Positions 1 through 12,250 of a stretch of 64,000 bases of DNA are shown piece after piece. The first letter of the stretch is position 1, and each line of letters begins with the position of its first letter. The notes beneath the pieces are model-generated. The model saw only the letters and a program-made list of their open reading frames with translations. It was not told the DNA's origin and made no database searches. This DNA comes from Heptranchias perlo. Taxonomy: Eukaryota. The position numbers and the translations under genes were made by a program. The stretch is taken from contig NW_027139666.1 of the NCBI RefSeq assembly GCF_035084215.1, positions 868,001 to 932,000 of the forward strand, in the 5' to 3' direction.

Positions 1-338
1 TTAATCTGATACTGTACATGAGTTTTGGACTCGTATGCAATTTGTATCACATGATACATGCAATATCCATTCGCATAGTGTATAAACTCACATGTGTGTG
101 AGAGTTCTGGGCGAGTAATCAATTGGAATCTCAGGGTACATTATTGGGATTCATTCTGCACCTTTAAATCGGGGACCATGTGTGATTTCGATCTGGTATT
201 TAATTCGTAGCTAATGTTGCCCTATTGTGAGATTGACACAGTGCCTTTCCATCTGATAGTGTGATCTTGGACTGGGATTTTTGTATCCACCTGTCAGCGG
301 GACTCAGCTCGGGGGAAATGGAACAGTGTCTGCCTCAC

Positions 339-1520
339 CTGCTCTGTTTGACTGTTGGATTGAAAATGTGTCGCTGGATCTTGGGATCAGTGTGGGACTG
401 ACGACTTCTGCTGTCTGAGACTGTGGAACTGATGACCTGTCTGTGTCTCTGTGCGCTGTGTGTGATAATGTACTTACTGTGTGGGAGAAGGAGTTGGCTG
501 CACTGTTCCTTGTGCCTCGAGTGGAGGAAACATAACACTGATTCTGGGTCCATCAAGGATTTCCCTGCAGGAAGAAATTTATCTCTTGTAACTCAAGAAC
601 CAGTGAGGTAGAAAATACAAAAGTGTTCGAATTAATATCCATATCAATGATTATTTTGAATATCCACAAATGAGAACCAGTGATACAAACAGTGTCAGGG
701 TCTGACTCCACTGCAGTACTGCAGCACTCAGCTTCTGCACACCAGGTGTGTTGGGCAATTTTACAACGATTTAGTGACATCCAGACACAACCCAACCCCC
801 GCACTGATCCATGAATGGGACAACCCGATGGGGCGGGGACCTTTGCACACGTCAGGTTTCTAATCCCCTCTCCCATGGGACTAACCGTTCAACCGAAATC
901 AAACAGCCGCTGTTTAAAATGTGCCCTTCACACTTCTCACCTGGTGCCTGCAATAGATGCTCTTTGTGTAACTCCCCACATCCTTACTGTCCGGCTCTGT
1001 TTCCACTCTTCACTGTCCAATAACAATAAACAGGGTGAGACTGGAACTAAACCAGGAACATTCACTACTGATTTGGGGAGAGAAAGCAGCAATGATTTTA
1101 AATAGTAGGTTCTTCCCATTCTGTCTCCCTTCCCCTGGACACACCCTGTACACACACAGCCCGAGAATGACCTCTCCCTTCCCCCGCTCACTCCATGTTC
1201 CGGGACCAGTTCCTGATCCACTCCGCCTCTTACAAACAGCCCCCGGACTCCCCCTGACCTTCCCCCGGACTCAATGCCGATCTCTGAGCCCATCTGCGGA
1301 CACGGTCCCGAAGCGATGAGCTGCTGTAACGAGGCTGCTCTTTGCTCCCTTCCCCCGGGGGCCGTGATCTCTCCATTCCCGGCTGTTTTAAACCAAATTC
1401 TTCCGCTCACTGAGTGAATGGCGCCCACAGGCCGAGCTGGGGGAGGGGAGCACGCATGCGCTCTTCCGCTCACCAACAACCAGCGCTGGGGGCGGGGCTG
1501 AGTCGCGCATGCGCAGAAAT
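339..1520 (-). ncRNA. Putative spliced non-coding/5'UTR module, copy 1 (NRF1/GC-box promoter ~1400-1520; predicted exons 1012-941 and 564-339)
   Basis: GCGCATGCGCA at 1505-1515 plus a second NRF1-like site ~1451-1461 and GGGGCGGGG. Minus-strand acceptors ttggacag and ttcttcctgcag, donors CAG|GTGAGA and CAG|GTGAGG. The same dinucleotides recur in paralogous copies. No recognisable protein. Confidence 0.4.
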
Positions 1521-3556
1521 CTGGTTTAATTCTCAATACAAAAATCGATGGAAACTTTCCCCAATTGGAATTTTTCAGAGTCTGAGCAAAGGAAGTGGGT
1601 CTGGGGGAAAGGTCAGAGGGAATGGGGTCCACAGGCAGTGCAGGAACAGGCACCAGAATGGAAAACAAATGGGATTCCACCAGTGCCTAACGCTGGAATC
1701 CAGACTGATTTTACAATCTCTTACTATTAAACTAGATGTTTCCATCCCTGCTGTTTCTCTCGGTATCTTTTGATGGAAAAGAGTCTTTCAGAGATAAAGT
1801 GGGCGGCTGTGAAATGAGCCAATTGGTTCTATTCATTCTTGGTCCGTTTACTGATAAAGAAACTTGTGACTCCGTAACTGGAGGCCGGATTCCTCGAACC
1901 AATCCTGGAGAAACATGGGAGGAAAGTGGGTGTCGGTGTATTTGCTGGGACCGTGTAGGATTAATATTTGACGGCTACAGTCCCAGTTTATTTCAATCGG
2001 AGTGAAGCTCTCGGTCACTGAGAGAAATACAGAAGGGCCCTGAGCTGCAAAATTGCAGAGGGTACAACATGCAAGAGAGGGTTAAATGCGTGACACTGTC
2101 CCTGAGAGTGGGATTAATAATGTATCTGTCTCTGAAATAATATCAGTGAGAGATGAGACTGCATCTTCCGTCACTCCAGCTTGGAATGGCAATTGGAATG
2201 GAGAATTTTCCAATTTGTTACTGGGTGAAAACGGGACATTGCAGGTCAGTTTCTCTCTCTCTTATGTACAACATATGAAGGTGGAATACTGCTGCTGAGC
2301 GTGATACAGAGAGACTGATGGGAAGCGTATGGCTGATACTCTGCCTGTCTGTATCTCTCTAGCGCGGTACACGAAGGTGGGATACTGTTTGCTGAGTGTG
2401 AAACGGACACACTGAGAGGAAGTGTGAGAATGATACTTTGTCTGTGTGCCTGTCTCTGTCTGTCTCTTTATCTGTCCGTCTGTATTTCTCTCCCTCCAGC
2501 GCTGTACATGAAAGCGGGATAGTGTTATTGAGCGTAATATGAACACCCTGTTGGAAGGTAAAGACTAATTCTGTGTCTGTGAACAGACCTCCGGTGCTGT
2601 TGGTGAGACGGTCACTGTCCCTTCTATTATGTATGAGCCGGTCTGACGGTGCATTTATCAGTCTCCAGTCCAATAAGGAAAGGTGGGGAGAAACAGCCTG
2701 TAACGGCCTGACACTGGACTGCCTATGAATGTTGAATTTATTCAGCAACTGGCCGTCTCTGGGTGTTGAGAATGGGACGGATAGGACACCAGTTACTGTT
2801 GTCTGTCAGTCAGTTTAGGAGGAGGGAGAGAAAGACAGAGAGACTGGAGGAGCCCAGAGAGGAGAATTTGTATTATCGTCTCAACCAAACATATTGCTGA
2901 GTGTGAATAATATAATCATGTAAAACCAGATATGGATAATCACATCCACAGCTGTGATTGGCTGCTGCCCCTGAATCTGGGGACCAGACACTGTGAGGAG
3001 CGCTGGCCTCAGAGTGTTTAACAGTTACTGAGCTGGGAAACGACAACTCACCTCCGAGAATCTGCAGCACAGGCCGAGCGGTGAGGAAAGCCTGTCACGG
3101 GAATTGTCAATCTGGCGAACAGTTTGTCCTGTGAATGTGAAGATGTGAACATTGTGTCAGAGAGAGTGTGTTAAAGGGGCGGATGGGTTAGATTAATGTC
3201 ACTGTGTTTGTGTGGCCGGACTCATCGCCAGATTTCCGAGTCCCTTTTGAGTAAAATTTTAAAAAATCCCTGTCAAAGGATCGCCCTCCTCCCCTGCCGA
3301 GCTCCGAAGTCGAAATTTAAGGTAAAGTTTCAGATCAATTCAAGATTTCAGGTGAAAAACGGAGATCATGTCAGCGATCGGGTGAGAGAGCGCGATCAGT
3401 GCAGCAATGAAACGGGTTTAAATCGAAACTGGTGCTTTTAATTCCAGTGAAAGTTTTTCGACAGCAAACATACCGGTGTTAGAGAAAGGAAGGGGCTCGT
3501 CTGGGACTCTGGAGTGCCCGATTTGAATTGGAATCGGGGAGTTTAAGAGGAGAGAG

Positions 3557-3630
3557 AAACACAGAGAGGCTGGAGGGGCCGGGAGCTGACAGCAGGATGT
3601 CTCCGCCCCGTCCGCTCTGTGCCTTTAAGT
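3557..3630 (+). promoter_or_regulatory. Histone H1 promoter (AC/H1 box, GC box, TATA-like)
   Basis: AAACACA at 3557-3563, CCGCCC ~3603-3608, TTTAAG ~3624, ordered upstream of the H1 ATG. Confidence 0.65.
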
Positions 3631-3707
3631 TGCTCTGTGCCGCCGTCTCTCGTTTCATTTCTGACCCAGCTCTGACTGTCAGAGAGATTTTCGACAGAGT
3701 CCCGGAC

Positions 3708-4319
3708 ATGACAGACACAGCAGCCGCCGAAACGGCTCCTCCTGCCGCCGACGCTCCACTCAAGGCTCCGAAGAAGAAGAAGGCGGTTCCCCGACCCACC
3801 GGTCCCCCGTTGGGCGAACAGATCCTCAAGATTGTGGCGGATTGCAAGGATCGCAAGGGGATATCCCTGGCCGCGATAAAGAAGGTTCTGGCTGCCAAAG
3901 GCCTGGATGTGGAGAAGCACCGGTCCCAGATCAAATTAAGTATCAAGAGAAATGTGGAAAAAGGCTCCCTGGTGCAGATCAAGGGCACGGGCGCCTCGGG
4001 CTCCTTCAGAGTCGCTAAGAAGGAAACCCAGGCAAAAGTGGGAATGAAGGTGAAGAAACAAGTGACCAAGAAATCTCCCGGAAAGAAACCAGCGGCCAAA
4101 AAAGCAGCCGTCAAGAAATTAACGGCCAAGAAACCAGCGGTCAAGAAATCGACCACGAAAAAGGCGGCGAAATCACCAATTAAGAAGAAAGCGGTGGCTA
4201 AGAAGCCCAAGACCCCCAAGTCAGTGAAGGCGAAGGCGAAGAAGGTGGAAAAACCGAGGGCGAGGGCCAAGCCCAAGCCGAAGTCAGCAAAGCCTAAGAA
4301 AGCAGCGGGCAAAAAGTAA
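3708..4319 (+). CDS. H1: Linker histone H1, replication-dependent, 203 aa
   Basis: MTDTAAAETAPPAA N-tail, globular domain ending LVQIKGTGASGSFRV, K/A/P-rich C-tail with SPxK motifs. True ATG at 3708 (the ORF track extends from a TTG). Stem-loop downstream. Confidence 0.97.
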   Translation: MTDTAAAETAPPAADAPLKAPKKKKAVPRPTGPPLGEQILKIVADCKDRKGISLAAIKKVLAAKGLDVEKHRSQIKLSIKRNVEKGSLVQIKGTGASGSFRVAKKETQAKVGMKVKKQVTKKSPGKKPAAKKAAVKKLTAKKPAVKKSTTKKAAKSPIKKKAVAKKPKTPKSVKAKAKKVEKPRARAKPKPKSAKPKKAAGKK

Positions 4320-4355
4320 AAAATCAAGTGCAACTTGTGACCATCTGAACCCAAC

Positions 4356-4371
4356 GGCTCTTCTCAGAGCC
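4356..4371 (+). terminator. Histone 3' stem-loop of H1 (HDE ~4385-4396)
   Basis: GGCTCT-TCTC-AGAGCC followed by ACCCA and AGAAGAGAGCTG. Confidence 0.95.
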
Positions 4372-5027
4372 ACCCACGTCTCTCAGAAGAGAGCTGATCC
4401 CGGAATCAGATGATTCCTGTCCCGGGGCCGGGCTCAGATTTCAGATAGAAATCATTTCAAATAAACCCAGGGTCCTGGTGACTCGCTGACATTCGCTATC
4501 CCCGCCCGACCCCCAATGTCTGTAATAAAATAGAGAGAATGGGATGTCCGGGCCGGGCCTCACTGGAACTGGCGTGTGTTCGGCTCCAGTCCCAGTTCAT
4601 TTTTTCTCACAGATTCAGGGCGACAGTCCGTGACAGGGTAAAACTGGCGGAGATCGGCCGCTATCACAATTCAAACCCCAACACATGAGATTCTTCAAAT
4701 CAGCTGGAATAAAGTGTTTATAAACTGCTGAACCCGTCTGGGAGGGAATGTGCGGGGAGATAGAATCGGGTCTGGGACTGAAATGGAAGGAGGCGGGTTG
4801 ACTTGTTATAGAAGGGACTGTATTTTGGGAGGAATATTGCTGACTATTGATTGTAACGGGGCTTATTGAAAAGCTCCGGGATTCTATGAAGCCCGAGTCT
4901 GCAAGGGTTTGTGCGGAGCGCTGTGTTTCGGTTCTATTATCGATAAACGGTTTGAAATTGGCGGGTGGAGAAAGCTGGAGGTGGAGCTGGAAGATCAGAG
5001 GCCGCTCTCCGCTCTGTCCGTCACTCT

Positions 5028-5115
5028 GACTGTCTCCTCCCCTCCCTGTTTAATATCACACTCTGTCTCCTCCCCTCCCTGTTTAATATTTATCTCTATC
5101 TCCTCCCCTCCCTCT
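5028..5115 (+). repeat. Short direct repeat (~2.5 copies) in the H4 promoter
   Basis: tgtctcctcccctccctgtttaatat occurs twice, plus a third partial tctcctcccctccct. Confidence 0.75.
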
Positions 5116-5208
5116 CTCACCCTGTGTGTGTTTCAGTCAGGTCAGGGCAGGCTGCATAAAAACCGAACCAACATCAGTTTGCTGTTCATTCAGCAGCGAT
5201 TTGAGTGA

Positions 5209-5529
<321 letters not shown>

Positions 5530-5564
5530 ACAACTCGACCCTTTCAAACCGGACACAAAACAAA

Positions 5565-5580
5565 GGCTCTTCTAAGAGCC
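5565..5580 (+). terminator. Histone 3' stem-loop of H4
   Basis: GGCTCT-TCTA-AGAGCC-ACCCA, then purine-rich AGAGAGAGC. Confidence 0.95.
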
Positions 5581-6417
5581 ACCCACCGCCTCACAGAGAG
5601 AGCACTGACCTGGGAACGGGGAGAGGAAAGATCTCGGGATGGGGAATCAGTTTCCGATATTTAATTATTATGGGGAGATTCCCCAACACTCGGTACAGGG
5701 AGATCAGAAACAACGGCCCGGGTTCTCGGCCATCCCGAGAGAAGGAGCGGAATTCCCGGTTTCACGGTATAAATGTACAGGCGGTGATACAGAGTCTTTC
5801 CCCAGACATTACATTCTCCGCTCAAATTAAAATCCCTCCTCACTCCCTCTGTCCTCTCTGCTCGGTCTTTATTTCCTGCCCTCATTCAATTATCAGTTCG
5901 ATGTGAAGTTTCTGTTTGAGGAGCGCTTCACCGGGCTGGAACTGGCGGGATTTTTGAAATTGAAGCTGGACTTTGTCCCGTTACGTAAAGCAATGACCGG
6001 GAATTTATTCCCGCCCGTTTAGAGACAGATCAGAGAATGAACCGGAATGTGAAACAGCCTGAGATTTGAGCTGAGGAGAAGGAAATAATGGAGATTATGA
6101 AGAGAGAGATTCTTAAATTGCTGGAGGGAAATGAAATTTTCTTGAAACTTATTTGATGCTCTGAAATTGGCGGGCTTTTTGAAATTGAAGATTAATTTCA
6201 GCTCAGCCAATTGGGATCCAATACCTCCCGCCGTTTTGGTCTGACTGACAGATCTCGGATCAAACCTGCCAATCACAGTCCCGGGGCAGTCCCTCCTTGT
6301 CTGGGGGTGAAACCTCAGCCAATCACAGGCCAGGGGCGGATACCCTGAGACGCTTCAAAAGGCGGCCCCAGAGCGCACTCCGTATTCACAGTCTGTGTGT
6401 CTCGGGTTGTGTTGTGA

Positions 6418-6840
<423 letters not shown>

Positions 6841-6873
6841 ACCCGACCCGGCTTCAGCACCAAGTTCAACAAA

Positions 6874-6889
6874 GGCTCTTTTCAGAGCC
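6874..6889 (+). terminator. Histone 3' stem-loop of H3
   Basis: GGCTCT-TTTC-AGAGCC, HDE GAAAGAGCTG ~6905. Confidence 0.96.
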
Positions 6890-7282
6890 ACCAAATCGGC
6901 GATGGAAAGAGCTGTGATCTCCTGGGTTGAAATGGCAGGGTCGTGAGAAATTTGCTTAAATGGGAAACGTATAAAGGGGAGGGAGCAGATATCAGACGGA
7001 CAGGGACAGAATAAATACGTCACACACATCCAAACACAAATTTCACTCACATTCTTAATTCAGTAATCGCTGATACAATAACAGCACATCAGTCAGCATC
7101 CGTTGTACAAATCTGGGTAAAATAACACAGACTGAGCCAGTGTTGTCCGAGGATGGGACGGTAAATAATATTAAGCTTCCCTGGTATTTCTGTATCCCAC
7201 CCGCCCGAGTTGGCAATTCTAACGGTTCTGGTATTTTGTCTCATTCACCAGACAAACTGCAAATTATAATCGATTGGAGGTT

Positions 7283-7315
7283 GGCGACATCTGCGGTCCG
7301 GAAGCGATTACTGCA
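7283..7315 (-). promoter_or_regulatory. CTCF-like site with upstream motif, between the convergent H3 and H2A 3' ends
   Basis: Minus strand TGCAGTAA-tcgcttccgg-ACCGCAGATGTCGCC resembles U-motif plus the CCASYAGRKGGCRS core. Confidence 0.55.
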
Positions 7316-7441
7316 ACAGACCGATATGGATGATTTGTGCATAACAAGTTATTGTTCGTTTCTCGAATCGGAATCAAGTCCTTTTGAAGTTAATTCCTGA
7401 TCCCACAAACAGTGACCAGCCCTTTCATAGATACCGTGGGT

Positions 7442-7457
7442 GGCTCTGAAAAGAGCC
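7442..7457 (-). terminator. Histone 3' stem-loop of H2A copy 1
   Basis: Minus strand GGCTCT-TTTC-AGAGCC-ACCCA, HDE GAAAGGGCTG. Confidence 0.96.
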
Positions 7458-7487
7458 TTTGGGTTATCAGGTTAAATCTTGGCCGCT

Positions 7488-8033
<546 letters not shown>

Positions 8034-8853
8034 TTATTCACCAATCAATAGCCGAATGAGAAAAGGACGGAAAATACCGAACTGATCCGTTTTTTTGAAA
8101 TTTGAAAAGCCCGCCAATATATCTGTAACACAAGAAGCGGATTTAGTAAATAATGTCGCGAAAGACAAAAATTTAAATATCTCTCTCCTTTTACTCTGTT
8201 GTTCCACATTTCCCGTCACAACTTCCAGAACCTTATACATTCCGGTTAAAATCCGGCTTCATTAACCGTTCATTTTCAATCGGGCGGGAATAAAGACCCA
8301 TTTTGTAACGAGACAGATTCCAGCTCAATCTTTGTGAAAGGATCAAACGACAGATTGTGGATTGATCCCTGTTCGCAGGAGCTGCATCGCGATCGAAACC
8401 GGAGCCGGGACTCCTGGTGTAAGAAGTCGAACAGTAACAGATCCTTTAGACTATTCTGTACTCGGTGTGAAGTCCCTTTCAAGGCTGTTGCTTTACAAAG
8501 GATTGCGGTTCTGAAAGTGATATTCCCGAATAATGAACAAACAAACGTGAAAAGGAGAAAGAAATGACTGAAGTCTAATCCACCCACTTAAAACGGCTCT
8601 TAATGGGCAGTAGCGGGGGAAGGGTCGGAATATGAACGAGAACGAGAGGATCAGTGACACGTTTGTGGTTATTGGGACTAAATAAAAAAGCAACACACAG
8701 ATTTTTACCGGCAGTGATGACGAGAATCTACTAGATTTCAAGTGAAATTAGAAAAGCACAAGAGTTATAGAAAAACAGTTGGTATCAAACATTTTACAGT
8801 AAAATGATTCCACACAGAGGGGTCGGTACAGCGTCTTCAGAGAGACTGTGGGT

Positions 8854-8869
8854 GGCTCTTAAAAGAGCC
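8854..8869 (-). terminator. Histone 3' stem-loop of H2B copy 1
   Basis: Minus strand GGCTCT-TTTA-AGAGCC-ACCCA. Confidence 0.95.
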
Positions 8870-8903
8870 TTTGTGTTCATTTTTTTCAGTGCATTGTGGA
8901 GTT

Positions 8904-9278
8904 TTACTTGGAGCTGGTGTACTTGGTCACCGCCTTCGTCCCTTCCGATACGGCGTGTTTGGCCAGTTCCCCGGGCAGCAGCAGGCGCACGGCGGTCTGG
9001 ATCTCCCGGGAGCTGATGGTCGCCCGCTTGTTGTAATGGGCCAGGCGGGAAGCCTCACCCGCGATGCGCTCGAAAATATCGTTCACAAAGGAGTTCATGA
9101 TGCTCATGGCCTTGGAGGAGATGCCGGTGTCGGGGTGAACCTGCTTCATCACTTTGTAGACGTAGATGGAGTAACTCTCCTTCCTCGACTTTCTCCGCTT
9201 CTTGCCGCCCTTGGCTGGTGCTTTACTCAAGGTTTTCTTGGCGCCCTTCTTGGGAGCTGCTTTCTTGTCCTCAGGCAT
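8904..9278 (-). CDS. H2B: Histone H2B copy 1, 124 aa
   Basis: [15 protein letters not shown]...[22 protein letters not shown]...[10 protein letters not shown]; ATG at 9278. Confidence 0.98.
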   Translation of the reverse strand: MPEDKKAAPKKGAKKTLSKAPAKGGKKRRKSRKESYSIYVYKVMKQVHPDTGISSKAMSIMNSFVNDIFERIAGEASRLAHYNKRATISSREIQTAVRLLLPGELAKHAVSEGTKAVTKYTSSK

Positions 9279-9540
9279 TTTCAAACTCAATTTCAGACCC
9301 AGGAATGACCCAAATCCGCTCCGAACTCGGATTAAATCTGCAGCCCCACAGCCCTGTGCTGATGAGGGATGGAGGAAGGCATTGATTGTGATTGGGTCAT
9401 TCGGAGTGATACAACGTCACCTTTTCCATTCACTCTCTGATTGGATATCTGAAGAAACCAATCAGATTTAATACCTGCCACCAATCACAAACACGCTCAC
9501 ACTGCACATTGTGCGGTTTGAGCAATTTGTTCCGAACTGT

Positions 9541-9572
9541 TGCAGTTCTGCTTCCGGCCAGTAGATGTCCCC
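9541..9572 (+). promoter_or_regulatory. CTCF-like site with upstream motif, 5' of H2B
   Basis: TGCAGTTC-tgcttccgg-CCAGTAGATGTCCCC; paralogues at 14625, 49240, 57487, 61998. Confidence 0.6.
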
Positions 9573-9699
9573 AAACCCCGGGACATTGAAGTTTGCAGGT
9601 GAGAGAGGGACAGAAGATAAACTCATTCTTCACATTATGTTGCACGAGTGGGATTTAGAAAAACTGGGAATTGGAAACATTTGGTTGGACCAAATGTTG

Positions 9700-10060
9700 G
9701 TTGCATGCTGCATTAAATTCTTGTAATTCATTTAGGGTGTATAGTCTATACTGAAGAAGAATCCAACAAAATACAAGAAGACTTTAATAAGCTTGATGAA
9801 AGGCGGTGTGAATGACCATTGAATTTCAATATAGAAAGGTGTGAGATGGTGCATTTTGTTCGGGGGAATAAGGAGGCCTCATACTGCTTGGAAAATAAGA
9901 GTCTAAATGTGGTAGAAGAGCGAAGGGATTTCGGGGTACAGATTGACAAATCATTAAAAGTAGCAACACAGGTTGATGAGGCCACAGAAAGCAAACACAG
10001 CACTGGGGTTTATTTCTCGAGGAATAGAATTGAAAAGCAGATAAGTTATGTTGAACTGTA
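9700..10060 (+). mobile_element. Degenerate CR1 LINE ORF2 fragment (RT C-terminal region)
   Basis: Translates to FNIERCEMVHF...EERRDFGVQIDKSLKVATQVD, homologous to the CR1 at 19964-21610. Confidence 0.8.
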
Positions 10061-10079
10061 ATTTCAACTTTCAAACCTT

Positions 10080-10720
10080 CTGTCAAACTGTTAAACCTTC
10101 CCTTTCTGAAATCCGTGCTGACTATTCTTTATTATATTTTCGGTTTCTAGATGTTTTTCGATTGCTTCATTGAGTAAAAGATTCCATGATCATTCCTACC
10201 ACCGACCTTTTGTTAACTGGCCTATAGTTCCCTGGACTTGTTCTATCTCCTGTTTCAAAATATATGAATCACATTAACTATCATCCTGCCCTTTGGCACT
10301 ATTCGTTTTTGTGATGATTTTTTTTCTATATATGTAACAGTGCCTCTGCTATCTCTTCCCTTGCTTCATTTAATATGTGCGGATGCAATCCATCTGGACC
10401 AGTTTAACCACCCTTTCTAACTTAAATGTCTTGATATCTTTATTGACCTCTTCCTCTATATCATATTTACCCTGTTAATCTCCCTGGTAAATACTGAGGC
10501 AAAGTAACAATTCAATATTTCTGCCATTTCGCTGACATTACCTGTGAGTTTATCTTGTGCATCCCTTAGTGGCACTCAAACTATTCTGGTTTTCCTTTTG
10601 TTATTTTTGTGTCTGTGGAATAATTTACTATTTCTTTTTATATTCCTTGATAATTTGATTTCGTAGTTGCTGTTTGCTTCCCTAATTGTTTTTGTGACTT
10701 CTTCCTAACCTCTTCGTATT
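10080..10720 (-). mobile_element. Degenerate CR1 LINE ORF2 fragment, opposite orientation
   Basis: Minus strand encodes broken EMAEILN.YFASVF, GPDGLHP, PGNYRPV and SQHGF.KG motifs. Confidence 0.8.
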
Positions 10721-11249
10721 CGCTTTTGCCATCCTCTTATTTAATATCTATGAATGAGAAATTCTACCAGCTTTTTGTGTCTGTTCAGGGGCTGATGTTT
10801 GGAAACTATTTATTGTCTATGATTAAAGTACCAGAAACCCCAAACCCAAACTCCACAGAAACACTCGATTTTTCCTTCCTAGTCAAATAAGGCGCGATAA
10901 TGGTGAGCAGAGCTCCCTTCCAAACAGTTCATTCCAACAGGTTTGAATCCCAGCACGCTGAATTCAGAATCACCAAGACTGGAACCGAATTTGATGATGT
11001 TCAGAGGGATAGTGTTTCGAAAACACAAACGGGTCTTATTTATATTTTAAAAATACTTTGAAAGGTCATTTCTTTCCCCCATAACTTTGAATTTAACTCT
11101 TTCCCTTTGTATTATTATTTACACTGATCTGTACAGTGGACACGGGAAACAATTGCTCGGATTCAGTGAAATTAATAGATTTTCTGAAGTTTTTTCTCTC
11201 TGCTGATTCCCGTCCCTTATTTAAATTATGTCGGATTAACCTTTCTGAT

Positions 11250-11350
11250 CTATTGAAGGGTCATAGTCCTGAACCGTTAACCCGAGCTTCCCTTCTCCAC
11301 ATATGCTGCCGGACCTGCTGAGTCTTTCCAGCATTTTTGGTATTTTTTTT
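11250..11350 (+). mobile_element. Short Penelope-like/SINE-like terminal fragment (inverted paralogue ~60235-60330)
   Basis: gaagggtca...ctgaaccgttaac...tctccacatatgctgccggacctgctgagtctttccagcattt resembles an abundant fish/shark repeat end recalled from memory; family assignment not verified. Confidence 0.45.
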
Positions 11351-11719
11351 CTCTCCATTTTATCCCTTTCACTTTTGACGGTCGCCATTAAAACTTCCAG
11401 CTTTGTGCTCAGTTTTTATTTGTGTTTTAGTTCGATTTATTTGAATTAATCTAATTCATGTCCTGAGAAATCAGACAGAAATATTGCGCAATGTACAGTG
11501 AAATATAATGGGGCAAATTCACAACTTTTGAATCAACAAAACAAAAACTTTATTATGAGTCAGTTGTCTTAATTTTTCACTGTCAAAATATTTTAAAAAA
11601 ACAGAGTAGAAGTTACAGAGAGAAACTATTTCCTCACATTGCACTTTGTCCTGTTTCTGTAACGACAGACAATGTGAATTTGTTCCACTCTGTTAGAGTT
11701 CTCGCCTACGGCCAGTCGA

Positions 11720-12250
11720 TGTCAGACTGTATATTCATTCTGTATCTGTCAGCCTCCAGTACTGTCTGTGAGTGTGAGATTAATTTTCTATCTGTCATTC
11801 TCTGGTACTGTATGTGAGTGTGGGATTCATTCTGAATTTGTCAGTCTCTGGTACTTTGTGTGAGTGTGGGATTCATTCTGTATCTGTCAGTCTCTGGTAC
11901 TTTGTGTGAGTGTGGGATTCATTCTGAACCTGTCAGTCTCTGGTACTTTGTGTGAGTGTGGGATTCGTTCTGTACCTGTCAGTCTCTGGTACTTTGTGTG
12001 AGTGTGGGATTAATACTGAATTTGTCAGTCTCCGGTACTTTGTGTGAGTGTGGGATCAATTCTGAATTTGTCAGTCTCTGGTACTGTGTGTGAGTGTGGG
12101 ATTCATTCTGTATCTGTCAGTCTCTGGTGCTGTCTGTGAGTGTTGGATTCATTCTGTGACTGGAAGTCTCTGGAATTTTATCTCAGTGTGGGATTCATTC
12201 TGTAACTCATTCTCTGGGACAAAGTGCAAGTCTGGATTCGTTCTGTATTC
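11720..12250 (+). repeat. 46-bp satellite array (gtgtgagtgtgggattcattctgtatctgtcagtctctggtactgt)
   Basis: gggattc recurs at 46-bp spacing (11868, 11914...). The same family occurs at ~15260-15630, 16510-17160, 18640-18850 and inverted at ~46430-46930, 47360-47980, 48240-48640, 53140-53430, 53980-54370, 55280-55660, 56560-56865, 59550-59900. Confidence 0.92.

Noticed and set aside
11245-11285. Possible hammerhead ribozyme in the Penelope-like fragment (also ~60295-60330)
   Set aside because: The catalytic cores are broken in both copies (CTATTGA or CTGTAGA instead of CTGANGA; GAACC instead of GAAAC).
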